DNA of 64,000 nt, from assembly GCA_028023455.1 (NCBI GenBank), contig JAQFVV010000002.1:11966001-12030000 (forward strand). The letters are read 5' to 3'. The stretch's first letter is position 1; each line of letters starts with the position of its first letter. The notes beneath the pieces were generated by a model. It did not search any database, had not been told where the DNA came from, and worked only from the letters and a program-made list of their open reading frames with translations. Shown piece by piece: positions 22,031 through 35,799 of this stretch. The translations under genes were made by a program, and so were the position numbers. Source of the stretch: Epiperipatus broadwayi. Lineage: Eukaryota > Animalia > Onychophora.

Positions 22031-24584
22031 TAATAAATAAAAAGTTAACTATGCCTTTACCAGATTTTTATACATAAGAAATAGAATGAATGAAATTATC
22101 ATACAATTATATTTGAGTAGAATGTTTTTGATAGAAATAATTTAATATTTTAAAAAAATACACTTACATATTTAAAGATTTTTTAGTAAATGTGTTTTAC
22201 CAATGCTTATTTGTAATCTGAGATTCAGAGATTTAATTAAAGATCAAAGCATATGCTTCATAATATTTTTTGAATTATGGAGATATGTAGATTGAGATTT
22301 AATAAAGAAAAAGTGTAAACAAAATACATGAATGAAAGAACAAATAGGTATCATTATTCTACTAAAATGGACGAGTCATTAGATGAAATAGAAATAGATT
22401 CAAAATTGAAGTCTTAAACAGGATTTCAAGAGATGTAAAATATTTAGAAAAAGATCACATATGATATAGACAGATGAGTTAAACATTAACTATAATAATA
22501 TGGAGAAGAGGAATTATAAATCAAAAAAATTATTTTAAAGTTTTTTCATCTTATGAAGAATTGATAAGTGAAAATGATATATATGTGGTTGATTCTATTA
22601 TACAGCTCTCTCAAAATCTGCAGATTCATAAACTTATATTTGGGACAATTATGCTTTATAAAAAAAGTATGCATTATTTTTTTAATTTTAATTAAAACTT
22701 TTGTAACAAAGCAAGATAACTAAATTGATTGCTTCAATTTCCATGCTCTCAAACTGTTATAAATTAATAAAAAAGTAAAATGTTCAAGTTATGTTTACAT
22801 CACTTTTGATAACTTCCTTGGATGTTATGACAATGTTGTAATCTGTGCAGTTTAATTTTAATTAAATTATTTTGTAATAAAAGCTATTTAAATAAACTCA
22901 GTCAGGAGATTCTTTTGTTTGACTTATATCTATGAAAAGTTTTCTAAAAAAAATCCCTTCCATGCATCAGTAGTGGATAGATTTAATCGATACCAAATCA
23001 GGTATGGCTTACTTCAGTATTTTTCAATTTTATCTCAATTTCTTTACCCTAATCACTCAAGTATTAAATTCTTTATCTGAATCTCTATTTTCATCTGTAT
23101 TTTATTTATTTTCTTTTTTTTTTAATATGCTCAATCCCTGTCCGCCCATAAGTTTTCATTATTATTTCTTAACATTCACTACATTTTTAATAATATTTTC
23201 TATTTTCTGGATGTTGCTTTAAATATATATGGATACAATAAATGTTAGAAAATAAGAGCTAATCCATATATATATTAAGTTTCGAAAGCAATGAATTTAG
23301 GCAAATTAAAACAAGCTTATAGCTGATCCTAAAAATATGTAAAATAATATAGCGTCTTTTTAAATTATATATATTAATTATAGAAACAAAAATAAAGAAA
23401 AGTAGTGATGTAATTATAAAAATATATAATACATAAAAACATATTTTTATGTATATAAATATTTTATTTTTAAACGTCATTTACAAGAGGAAAAAAATGG
23501 GCAAGGGAGGGTCAGTAATAAAAAAAATATTTAAAAATAACACTTTCCCTTCTAAGACTAGAATATAGCTATAATTTTAAAACATTTCTCTGCTGATTAT
23601 TCTCTCTTATTTGAATTATTACTCCTAATATCATAAGCCAAGTATTAAATTCCCATTTTTCATCTGGACAAATCTGTTGATTTTAAGCAGAAGTTCAGAT
23701 TGAATGCTTAGCTTCTCTCTCTCTCTTCTGGCAAGCTGACGCCTCTGGACAAGGAATGTAGTTTTAAAAATGTGAATTATGACCTTCGAAATACACTCTT
23801 ACATGCCACAGGCATTAGTGAAAATTTGATTAGCTAGCTACATACTGAATCGAAATTTGTACACTGTTTCTCATTCTAGAAATCCATAAAAATCTCTTAT
23901 CAATTTTCAAAATCCCAAAACAAACTTTGAAAATATAAATAACTTTTTTCTAACTTGGCCATATATATAAATTATTTAATAAGCGTTTCAAAATAATAAG
24001 AAATCACCTAAAATCTAGAAATTTTATAAGTAGTTTATTAGGGACTAAATTTGCACATAAAATTTTTAGAGTAAATATCAGTCATAAGTATCTTATTCTT
24101 TCCCCAATCTTACAGCTAATAACTTAAAATTAAAACTTTTGGTATAAAACAATTTATCCCAATCTAATTTAAAATCTGCTCAGCAAGTATATTTTTCTGA
24201 GTTACATCAAACTAATTAGCTCAAAAAACTAACAGACATAATATATGTAGTGTATACCTGCTTGCTCATATTTAATAAATAGATATCTTAAAAATTAATA
24301 TACAAATAAAAATCTAAATCAACCTTTAAACAGCCCACTGATATTCCACTATAATCAAAAACAAAAGAAAAACAGTGAAGACGAAGACATTACTTTTGGA
24401 TGGTGGAACATTAAAGATTTCCTTCCTTGTTTAATCTGTAGATAAGAATATTGATCCCTTCTCTACTTAGCACCATTTACAAAAAGCTAGAATAATTAGT
24501 CTTAACAGATGGTAGAGCAATTTAATTACCATCCCCAGACCGATATAAGCTTTTAATTTCATTAATAAAAAAATTTGGAATTAA

Positions 24585-24845
24585 AACTGGAATCACCATA
24601 ACTGTGTATCCGAGAGCCATCTTTAATTTTTTTTTTTTTTTATCATCAAGCTAATAGCTTGAAGTTAAAAAAATATATATAAGATTTTGAATTCAAGCTA
24701 AACTGTTTGTATAGTTAGATGGATTTGATACAAGGACAATCACTATATATTTTTATTAACATCAGTTCTTTTCTAATTATAGGTATATTTTTTTTTTTAT
24801 TTCACTAGGAAGGTTAATTAGCAACATGTCATTTGATTCTTTCAC
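24585..24845. repeat. Dispersed ~250-bp repeat, copy 2 (unclassified)
   Basis: Collinear similarity to 18030-18270. Confidence 0.6.
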
Positions 24846-25344
24846 CTTATTATAACAAAACAAACTCTCATCTATTATAAGCTTGTAGTGTCATTTGATC
24901 AAAAGCCATAAAATAGACTGGAGTTGAGATTAAAGTACACTCCATCTGGTAATAATTAATGGCATTAAAATAGATAAAAAAGAAAAGCTCTTGCTTAAAG
25001 TAGTAAGTAAAAGAAGTGATGTGTTGATAATTTAGATAATTAGATGGCAAGCAAAGTTAATAATGATTTAATTACCTGAAAAAAGCATGCTTGTAACTTT
25101 AATGAAAATACATCAAGCAAGGGATTTAAACTCCTGACAGAAGGTATAGCAAGTGAATGCAGTAAACTAATGCATATATGCACACCCACATACATATATA
25201 TATATATATGCCATCTCAGTCCATTGTTTAATATTATATACATTGAAATAAATATAAACATCTATTTTATATTTATAATATGTAGTTAGCAAGGAAGGAG
25301 GCTAGTTTAATGTTATCTATTAAATAATTACAACTCATCTACAG

Positions 25345-26492
25345 AGAACATTGGATTTCCACCAACCAAGAGAATAAACTAGATTTAAAAGTGGTTTTAG
25401 TACAATGGATCATATTCAGGTATTAAGAGAAGTTATAGAAAGGACAAATGAATATGAGTTGCCATTATGTTTTGGATTTGTAGATTATAAAAAGGCATTT
25501 GATTCTATAAACATTTCTTCAGTCATTAAAGCATTGGATCATCCAGAATATTGTCATATTTTAAAGAATATTTATAAAAATGCAACAGCAACAATTAGAT
25601 TACATAATGATACTGGGAAAGTCAACATTGAAAAGGGTGTAAGACAAGGTGATTCCATATCTCCAAAACTTTTTACAGCAGTGCTGCAAGAAGTATTTTG
25701 TGGATTAAAATGGGAAACTAAAGGAGTGAAAGTAAATGAAGATTATTTAAGTCATTTAGATTTTGCAGATGATGTAGTTGTTTTTGCAAACAATGCTTCA
25801 GAGCTGAAGGAAATGTTGCAGGAGTTATCAAATGAAAGTAGGACTAAAGATACATGTTAAAAAGACTAAAGTAATGTTTCATCAATTTGCTCAAAATATG
25901 AAAATAAAAATTGATTATGATGAATTAGAAGAAGTTAACAGTTACAAATACTTTGCTCAGATTATTAATACAGATGGAAACATAATGGTTGAAATTAATC
26001 ATAGAATTAAACTTGGTTGGAGAAATAATTTGATACTAAAATGAAATATGCCTAGGTGTTTGAAAAGGAAGGTTTTTAACAAATGAGTTTTACCAGTTCT
26101 TACTTATGGATTCGAAACTTGGACACTTAATAGAAGAGCAATACAGAGACTTCAGACCACTCAAAGAAGTATGGAGAGATGCATGTTGGGAATAACAAGA
26201 AGAGATCGAAATTGCAATGTATGGATAAGAGAACAAACAGGTTTACTAACCTCATTAAAAAAATTAAGTGGAGTTGTACTGGACATATTGCTAGAAGAGA
26301 TGATAATAGATGGACAATTGAAATCTTAAACTGGATTCCAATAAAGAGACCACATGTGAGATGGATGGATGAAATAAGAAAGTGTGCAGGGGTGATGTGG
26401 AGAAGAGAAGCTAAAGATCGGAGAAGATGGATTGAACTTGGAGAGATCTTCATTCTGCAGTGGATTGATAATGGTTGATGATGATGATGATT
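25345..26492 (+). mobile_element. 5'-truncated RTE-clade LINE (RT domain to 3' end), pseudogenised
   Basis: LDFHQPRE*TRFKSGFSTMDHI, FVDYKKAFDSI, GVRQGDSISPKLF, HLDFADD, then the KWSCTGHIARRDDNRW tail and a (GAT)n end at 26474-26491. Frameshifts present. Confidence 0.92.
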
Positions 26493-28203
26493 AAAATTAA
26501 AAGATAGGAAACTATCTAAATGTTACAAAGTACATTATTACAGTAGACTCAAATTTTGCAAGAATATAGGTATAGAGACATATATTTTTAAATATAGAGA
26601 ATTTTATTTAATTTTAAGGTAAAATCGTTTTCTTTAAAAAAAAAAGTTTTTCTATTAGAATCAAAAAAGTTTAATCCTTTGTCAAAAACAAACAAATATA
26701 ACAATTCTTTTAAGAGTTGTAATTAATATTTAAATTCAAACTAAAATTAGACAAAATATATTTAATTTAATTAAAATTAAACATAAGATAATTGAAAATT
26801 AGAAAAATCAAATAAATTTATATTGTACATGATACATTATCAAATACTAATTAATCTCAATATCATAAGACAACTTTGTGATGAATAATCTATATTTTTC
26901 TGCTTCTTTGTTGTAAATACTTCATGTGTGTGCAAAATAGAAAATTTGCTAGAATAACATATTCTTAGTAACTAAGAGATTAATCTTCTCTTAGATAAAA
27001 ATTTAATATAAAGAGTTTGGCTGCAAAAATAAATTTTACTTAATTTCTATGCTGATCTTCATTGTCTTAACTGTGTATTAGAAATATGCCGCAAGCTAAT
27101 ATATAATGAATATAAACTTATTGACGTGCACCAAAAAGCTTTCATATAAATTGCTAATTTGCTCTTGGGAATTCCATAATTGGGCATAGAGCCAACTTCT
27201 ATAGCAATGATCTTAGGAGTATCTAACCAACTATAAGCCTGCCAACTAGAAAAGTTAACTACTACTGATATGAACCAATTGTGACAAAAAATGTTAAAAT
27301 TTGTGAAAAACCTAATTGTGACAATTAGATATAAATATGGAAAACCCAGAATCTTATCTCATTAGACCTAAAATCCTGAACAGTAATTACAAATCAATAT
27401 AGAAACCTGCTGAAGACCAAATAAACACAATGGATATTGTTTAATACTCCTAGGTAATCTTATAAAAACCATTTTGAGTTTGTAGATTTCATGAATTGTA
27501 TCTAAAATCCGAAATAAACTTTCTTTTCTACTTAAAAAACTTACATTATTTTATTTTATCATTTATTCTTTAATTAACATTCTTTCATTTGAATTAACAA
27601 TTATTATGTATATTCTAGAATTAATGATTTTGAATTTACTTAGGAAATTATTTTTATATAATCATGTTAAGTTTTAACATAAAAGAGTGAATTATAGGGG
27701 CTGAATTCATATTAAAGTTATTTAACAATAAGCATTAGTTTAATCCATAGAAGTCACTCATCATTCCAAACTAAATCCAATAACATTTAATATTATTATT
27801 TAGTATATAATCTAGATTAAAAAATATTATATAAAGAAAAAATCCATGTGTATATATCAATGGAATCCCTTATTGAAATTAATAACCAATAACACAATCA
27901 GATTAATTAAGTATTTTGTTAGGATCAAATATTGCAGCATATATTGTGTTGATTTGATTAGAGTAGACTTGAATTTACTAATTAAAAATTTAAAAAATGG
28001 ATTTTATATCTAATATGATATATCTATCTCATACGTTTATATAACAAGTAAGATGATGATTGTATGAAGTTTGTGAAGAATTTTTAAGATATGTATGTAC
28101 TTCTATCACATATATTTTGAAACATAATTATAGTAAATTAATAATTCATATGCTCCAGTGCTTTTATTTTGAAGTAGAGTTATAATATTTTTTATATTGA
28201 TTT

Positions 28204-28680
28204 GTATCATCATCATCATCATCATCAACCATTATCAATCCACTGCAGGATGAAGGTCTCTCCAAATTTAATCCATCTTCTCCGATTTTAGCTTCTCTTC
28301 TCCACAACACCCCTGCACATTTTCTTATTTCATCCATCCATCTTACATGTGGTCTCTTTCTGGGTCTTTTACAATCTCTTGGAATCCAGTTTAAAATTTC
28401 AATTGTCCATCTATTATCATCTCTTCTAGCAATATGTCCAGCCCAACTCCATTTCAATCTTTTAATTTTTTCAATAAGATCAGTAACACCTGTTTGTTGT
28501 CTTACCCATATATTGCGTTTTCGATCTCTTCTAGTTACTCCCAACATACATCTCTCCATACTCCTTTGAGTGGTCTGAAGTCTCTGTATTGCTCTTCCAT
28601 TAAGTGTCCAAGTCTCAGATCCATAAGTAAGAACTGGTAAAACACATTTGTTAAAAACCATCCTTTTTATATATTTTTGA
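28204..28680 (-). mobile_element. 5'-truncated RTE-clade LINE 3' end, little decayed
   Basis: Open frame VFNKCVLPVLTYGSETWTL...KWSWAGHIARRDDNRW...RPRKRPHVRWMDEI and a (GAT)n tail. Same family as 25345-26492. Confidence 0.92.
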
Positions 28681-30416
28681 AATATCACCACAAAATTTTT
28701 AATGATTTGAATTTAGTTATTTATTTATATTATGCTGACTGATTATTAATGTTCTTGGATACATATCATGTTAATGTTATAAAAGATGTTAAAATCATGC
28801 AAATAATTAGTATAAACTTGCTTGATTAAAATCCATATTGTATTTGCTTACTATAATATAAAATTCTAAAATGATGTATATGTCCATATATCTAACATAG
28901 TTTTGATATGTAAAATATTTTATAGATAAAACTTTATGCATAATTGATAAATTATTATAATAAAATATATGATAATATGCAGGAATTGACATGGAAATGT
29001 ATACATGAGCATATACCACATTATGTCCTAAAATTATTGCCCATTAATATACCATTATTTTTTATCCTATAGCTAGTAAATTTTAGATTAAGAAATTAAC
29101 TGGAAAACATACAGTATATTTTATGAAAATATTTGAAAACCAGGCAATCTTCACAAACCTGGGAGCTTAATTGTAAGTATAGGGGATTTGAATTCAGATT
29201 TTCAAGAACCCTTCATGAATTTTTATTTATTTCTAGCCTGAAGATTATTTTACTATCTATCATTTTACCAATCATACAATATTATGTTATTTTAAACAAA
29301 ATATTGAAAGGTCTTTTTATCATAATAGAGGAAATTCAAAGTTGTTTCAAAATTCTCCCAGATATAGGGGACATACATAAAGCTATTAGTAATGATTGAG
29401 GATTCTGTAAGGGTTTGTGGTTGAGATCTTCAACAAACTTCAATTTTCCTATATATATATATATATCAGTATGTTAAACATTCTGTGAAGATTGATGTCA
29501 CCTAGCATTAGAATACTACCATCTATAAATAGATATAGGAAATTCTAGATTACAAATCTAGTGATGCACTTTTATAAGTGACGTCAATAATACTTGCAGA
29601 TTCTCAACTAATCATTACAAAATATGCATATTATATAACATGAAAATAATGTGAGTAACATTCTATTAGTTTCAAAATAATAATAAAAATTGAAATAAGT
29701 TGTAAATTTAACAATTCACATTCAAGATATATATAAACACAGACATACAAATATAATTTAAAAATTTCAAAAAAAAATCCCATAATTTTGTCCAACTTAT
29801 TTTTGTTATATTATTAATATATTTGATATTTTTAGTACAATTCCTAAATATTATTGAATTAGTTCCATATAATAGTTATTTCTTTTGAAATGGTTATCAG
29901 TAAAAAAGGTTATAGGATAAATAATAAATGATTTAGTAGCATATTCATGGCTTTATCAAAAAATTATATTTAAATGTCCTGGAAAGGTAAAATAAATTAC
30001 AAAATAAATATTTTAATAGTTGAAAAATAATAAAATTTCTTGCTATTAATTGATAGTTTAATTAATAATAACCATGAAAAATTAATTTTTAAAATATGTT
30101 GCCTCCAAATCATTCAAGTTTATGCACACGTTTTCAGGCATTTATATAAAAATGATAATAAACAGTGAGTGAATTCAATGATCATGGATATATGACACTA
30201 ATTTTATCAATGGTGGAATCTGTTATTGCACTGCAATCATGGTATTTTTGTTTAAACAATTAGTGCAGCAATAATCAAGTGACCACCCAAAATAAGTAGA
30301 TATTTATTTACTAATCATTATTAAAAGGTAGCATTGGACCATTAAATAAAGAAATTTTAAGTTTTGTTATGAAAATTCTCACCTACAAAACAAAAAAAAA
30401 ACTTTGAATTTTGTAT

Positions 30417-30475
30417 GGATTTGAATACCAGGATATAAATGTAGTAAGTGTTTTACCCAAACACTATAAATATTT
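30417..30475 (-). mobile_element. tRNA-like SINE head remnant
   Basis: Minus strand TAGTGTTTGGGTAAAACACTT (A-box-like) ... GGTATTCAAATCC (B-box-like) at tRNA-like spacing. Confidence 0.4.
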
Positions 30476-33400
30476 TTTTGTACATTCATATGAGAAAATA
30501 AATTAAGTTTCAATAAATTATATACAATTTGAAATATACTATAAAACAATGACTCAGAGATTTCAATGATTTATAGATTGTGTTTTGTCACAGAAGTAAA
30601 AACTGCATGAATAATGAACTTGCTTTAATTTCTGAAATAAGAAAAACAAAACTAAAAGAAATCTGAATCTATGAAATTATTGTGCTACATTAAAAATTAG
30701 TCTATCCACATCAAAATCTTTCTAGCTAGTAAGACTTCAGTTTATGTCAATGTTTAAAACTTTCAACAGAAGAAATAAACATAAAAAAATTGTTAATGAT
30801 TATATATTATAAAAGATCTATTAATATAATGGTGGAATATTTTTCATGCTATGCATTATGATTTGGAATCTAGTTTAGTAAAGAATGGAATTTTTTACAG
30901 ATTCTTGCACAGCTTAATTTACTGTCAGATCGTTGATTCATAATCAACAACTGGCCATTTTTGACTGGCCAATTAATAGTATTTAACTATTCTCATCTAG
31001 AAGACAAAATGAGCACAAAAAAACATAAAATATTCATTATGCAGTATTTGAAACTTGTTTATTATGCTCTTCCACATGAGGTATTGAAGTGACCTTTGAC
31101 CTCCAGCATGCTATTTAACATTTATCTATTACAAAAGACAAAACAAAAAGAACAACAAATACTGCACTATATATCCTCAAAAGATACATCATTTGGTGAA
31201 TCAATCAACAGTAGTAACATATCACATAAAGTGAAAATTCATAGACATAATAAAATAGGAAAAAAGACCTTGAAATTAAATAAAAAATGCTGTTTATTAA
31301 TTCTTTTTTTCTTTAAAAAAAAAACAAATCACTATGTATATATTATATATTGGTGGTTGTTGTGTTTGGCAATACTGAAATTAAAATAAAAATCATGTTA
31401 GAGATTAATTTTATTTAATATTCACCAGTGCTTTAATTTAAAAAAAAATTATTTAGAAAAAACAGATCTATTTTGGACTTTGATTTAAATGATGAAATTA
31501 TGAGTACAGCTTTATTCTTTAAATTTATCTACATATTTATTTAATTGAAGCAATTCTAGAAAATAATATTGTAAGCCCCCCCCCCCATCTCTTTCATCAT
31601 TTTTGACAATTTTATGGTTAGAAATAATACTACAAATAATTCTAAAACATATGTTTAAATACAAAATAAAGTACTAAATAAAAAATCTATATTTGAAATT
31701 TATTGATTTAAAAATAAATATGAGGTTGTTATGTTATTATTAGTGCCAAAATTGGGCAGTTGCTGTTAATTGTCACTACTTTAACAATTTACTCAAGCAT
31801 TTCAAATTTGGAATCACACCATAAACTATTGAAGTTTTTTTATAACCATTAAAATGGAAATTAAAAGGAAAATGTAATTTAATATAAAATAAAGGATTAA
31901 CAAGGATTTATAATTAAACAAAAATGTATAAATAAATTAAACACAATTCATAATATTTGTTATCAATAAATTTCTTAATTGTTTCATCCAAATTCTTTTG
32001 AGACTATATATATATAAATATTATGCAGTATTTAATTTTAAATATCTAGCAAATAATATATGAAATAAATGTGCTCCTTTCCAAATTAAAGGAAATAAAA
32101 TAACATGGTTTATCTATTACTTTTATTAAATATTTGATAAATTATTCATAGATACTCATTAATTTTATTTATACATTCTCATTTGTGATAAAAGTGCACT
32201 GATATTCATATATCACTTTATTTATTTAATTGCCTAAAACATCTGATTCATAGTTGAAATAAATAAATGAAAAATATTTTTTAAAAAACATTTTCTTAAA
32301 ATAATTATATTAACTTCAATTTGTAATAGTATAATCAGATAACAAGTATATTCAATTATTAATTTGTTTTTGTTTTTTTATAATTAGTAAGAGTTGATCA
32401 CCATTTTATTTCACAGTGTAATATGAAGAGTATGCCAAACAATTCTTTCTTTTGCTTAAAAGTACTTTTCATTTAATAAAGAAAAAGATTAACTGACTCT
32501 CCTTTTCAAATGTATTTTATACTGCAATTTTATATGTGTTTGTTAATGGCTCTAACAGCTTATTATTTTAGAATACAATCATACCATATTTAATCTTTCA
32601 GGCCAGAGATATTATTAAGATGCAAAAGAAAAAGATGCAACTAAAATAAAATTCATAAGATCTTATGAATTAAAGTTAAAATTTTTTACTAAATTTAACT
32701 TTTAGGGTACTCATATCTCTAAGATTCCATATTGTCACCTAAAGCATTTAGACACAAGTAAAACTATCAATATTAAATGTCAGAATTTGATTTTAGTCAA
32801 TGATATAACACAAATGTGAGCTAGTAAAATAAATTATTCTTATGATTGATAATACGCTTGGGCAAAGTAAGAATGTCAAGCTGCAATAAACTGCCATCAA
32901 AAATGATTGATTATCTTTTGGTAACAGTACTTAATAACCCCATTAATAGATGGGATTTTCAAGTTAAAATAGATAATTATAAAATATAAATATTAAAACA
33001 GGCAGTAATACCATTTGTAAAAATATAATGCTGATATTTTTAATGATAATCAATTAAAGGAAAAAAAAACATAGAAAAAAGTAATATTAAAATATTTTAT
33101 TTTTACTATTTGATTACTAGGACTTAAAATTAAATTACAGTTAAGAATACAATCTAATCTAATATTCAGTAAATATTATTATTATCCATTATAGAAATAG
33201 CTCTTCATTCTTGAAGATACAATCAAGACAGAAATGATTATTAATATTGAATTATTATTATTATCCTTTTCTTTTTAATTGATAATGTTTTAAAATTTTT
33301 TTGCTAATATAATACTTATACTATTTCTCTTTATCCAAGACAGATAGATTAATATAAAATTTTTAGAACATAAAGTAATTTAGAGAGAAGATAAAACAGA

Positions 33401-35549
33401 TCAATTTAGTTTAGAAACTTTCCTATAGATTAATTCATTTAATTAGGTTATGGCGTCTGACTGGGGCCATGTTTGCCAATCTAATTTTCTTCTCTGATTC
33501 AAGTTTTCAAATTATGTTTGTCTTGTGGAGGTGAAGAATGTTTAGAAGCTTCTTGCTTCAGAGAATAATAAAGTTTCTCGATAAAAATTAATTTATTAAA
33601 AAAAAAAAAAAAGAACAATATTTGGAAGGAAAATGAAAATAATTTCAGTCAGTATTCAAATAAAAATTATCATTAAATTTATATATATAATGTGATATAC
33701 ATTCTGTGTTTACGTATACACGTATGTATGAGTGGCATGCTAATATATGTAGAGTATTATATATCTAAAATATGCATGAGTATAAATGAGTGAATATGTG
33801 GTATACATTATTATTAGTGTTATGAGACTAATAAGAAGACTCTGGATTTCTTATAGCAAATGCAAACTTTCCGCGGGCAAATATTTAAAGATGGGGGGGG
33901 GTGTCACAAAATGCTACAATTTATTCCCGCCTCCCATCTAAATCCATAATTTTAAATAATTTATTATTTTTAAGGTATAATATATATAACAATATAAAAA
34001 TTATTGCATACAAATTGTAGAACCCAAGAACTGCTTGATTTTTATTGATTCATTGCTAAAGTAATTGTCAATATTTAGTTTGTATTTTTGTCGTTTTTAA
34101 AATAACACAAGTTTGAAAACTTTCAACAGTTAACCTATTTTTTCCCAGAAATTTAATAATTCATAGTTGAAAATAAATTCTCACATAAATATGTTATAAA
34201 GAAACAAAAAAAATGTTTAAAAAAGAAACAATTTTTCCACATTATAGGAATGATTTTGGTAGACCTCATCATTTAAATGCGTCACAGCCCACTTTTATCT
34301 TTATTTTATCCATGTCTTCATAATTTTAATAAAGTTATTTTTCTATAGTAACCTAGACTGGAATTCAAATAATTCAAATTAGCTACACTGTAAATTTAGA
34401 AATCATTATTTGAATAAGTTTCAATCACATTAATTTTCCATTTTTCTAAATAAATATATTTACTTAATTCTTTAGAAATAATTACTATCCAATCTATAAA
34501 AATCTGCATATTCAAGAACCTCAGTGACGTTCAAGCTGCATGTAAGATTAAGCTAATTCATTATTCCAAAGATTAGATTTTGTTCCATTGGATTTTTTCT
34601 CCATTAGAATTATAAAGGTTGAAAGGAAATGCAATGATCATTTTCTTAAATCAACAGATTGCATTACAAGTATCAATTACTTTACAGCTTTTATGTCCTT
34701 TCCCTTCAAAATCTTAAAAAAAAACAATTGTGAATTTCAAACAATTCTATATTCTTCATTTCATTTAAAACGTTTTCCTTTTTTCATTATTCACAACTTA
34801 TTTCACATTTATTTATCAGACTTATTTTTTCATTAACATACAAAAATTATTGTTTAATCAGTATCATTAAATCACTTACATATTATTTTCTTTTTTCAAT
34901 GAGCCACTCTCTTTACTAATGATTGATCATTTCCATCTTTAATTTCAGATCCATTCCTACAAATCTATTTTTTCCAACCAAACTATTTTCAACTATATTT
35001 TAACTTAAAACTTACACTTTTTTGTAATTCATCTATCTCTTTACATTCCTTTTTAACCAGTCCATCTAACTTCATATGTTTTATATCCAATTTATTATTA
35101 GCCATTTCCCACATACTTCACCCTTCTACAAAACTTATATTTCATATTTATAAATTATTCATTGTCTCATCACTAACTTAAGGGTTTTTTTTTACTTTCT
35201 TTTCTTCTTACATAACTTACAATCTTGACTGCAGTATCTTTTAAATTTTCTTTTCTTTTATAAATTCTATTTCAGCAATCATCTTACTTCTATTTACACT
35301 TATTACCAAAGCTATACATATATCACTATTTCTATTGCCATAAACCTGCTATCTATCTATCTCTAGATAACTCTAATTTTCTATCTCCCATCTGTATGGT
35401 TATCTAACTGTCTATTATTTGTTCTTATATATTCATAAGATAAATTAAATAACACCAAATAATACAAAATATAAGAGAGAAATACTTTTAACTTAAATGA
35501 ATGATAATATTTAATTCAAAACTTCCCAATAATAAAGCTTTGATATAAT

Positions 35550-35765
35550 AAATAAAAATGAAATGACTTTCATTTATTTTAAAGTTCATATAGATGCCTA
35601 AACAAATTTACATACCTGCTAGTGACAAATTTACATCAATAGATATGTTCAAGCAGTCTCACTCAAATCAAATAATCTAATTTACAACTATAATGTAAAT
35701 TGCTACCCATTAAAAAACCCTAATACTTATGTAAGGTAGATTAAACAGCACCAAATAATGTGAAA
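35550..35765 (+). repeat. Diverged direct repeat flanking the RTE, left copy
   Basis: AATAAAAATGAAAT.ACTTTCATTT...GATG.CTAAACAA...GTAGATTAA..A.CACCAAATAATG recurs at 38547-38785. Confidence 0.65.
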
Positions 35766-35799
35766 TGTAGTTAAAGAATTAACTCCTAACTTAAAGATA

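Noticed and set aside
32591-32640. Possible terminal exon ARDIIKMQKKKMQLK* after TTTCAG
   Set aside because: No upstream exons or recognisable protein. Such short frames arise by chance.
33440-33612. CLSCGGEECLE-like peptide followed by poly-A, possibly a LINE 3' end
   Set aside because: Too short and degenerate to assign with confidence.
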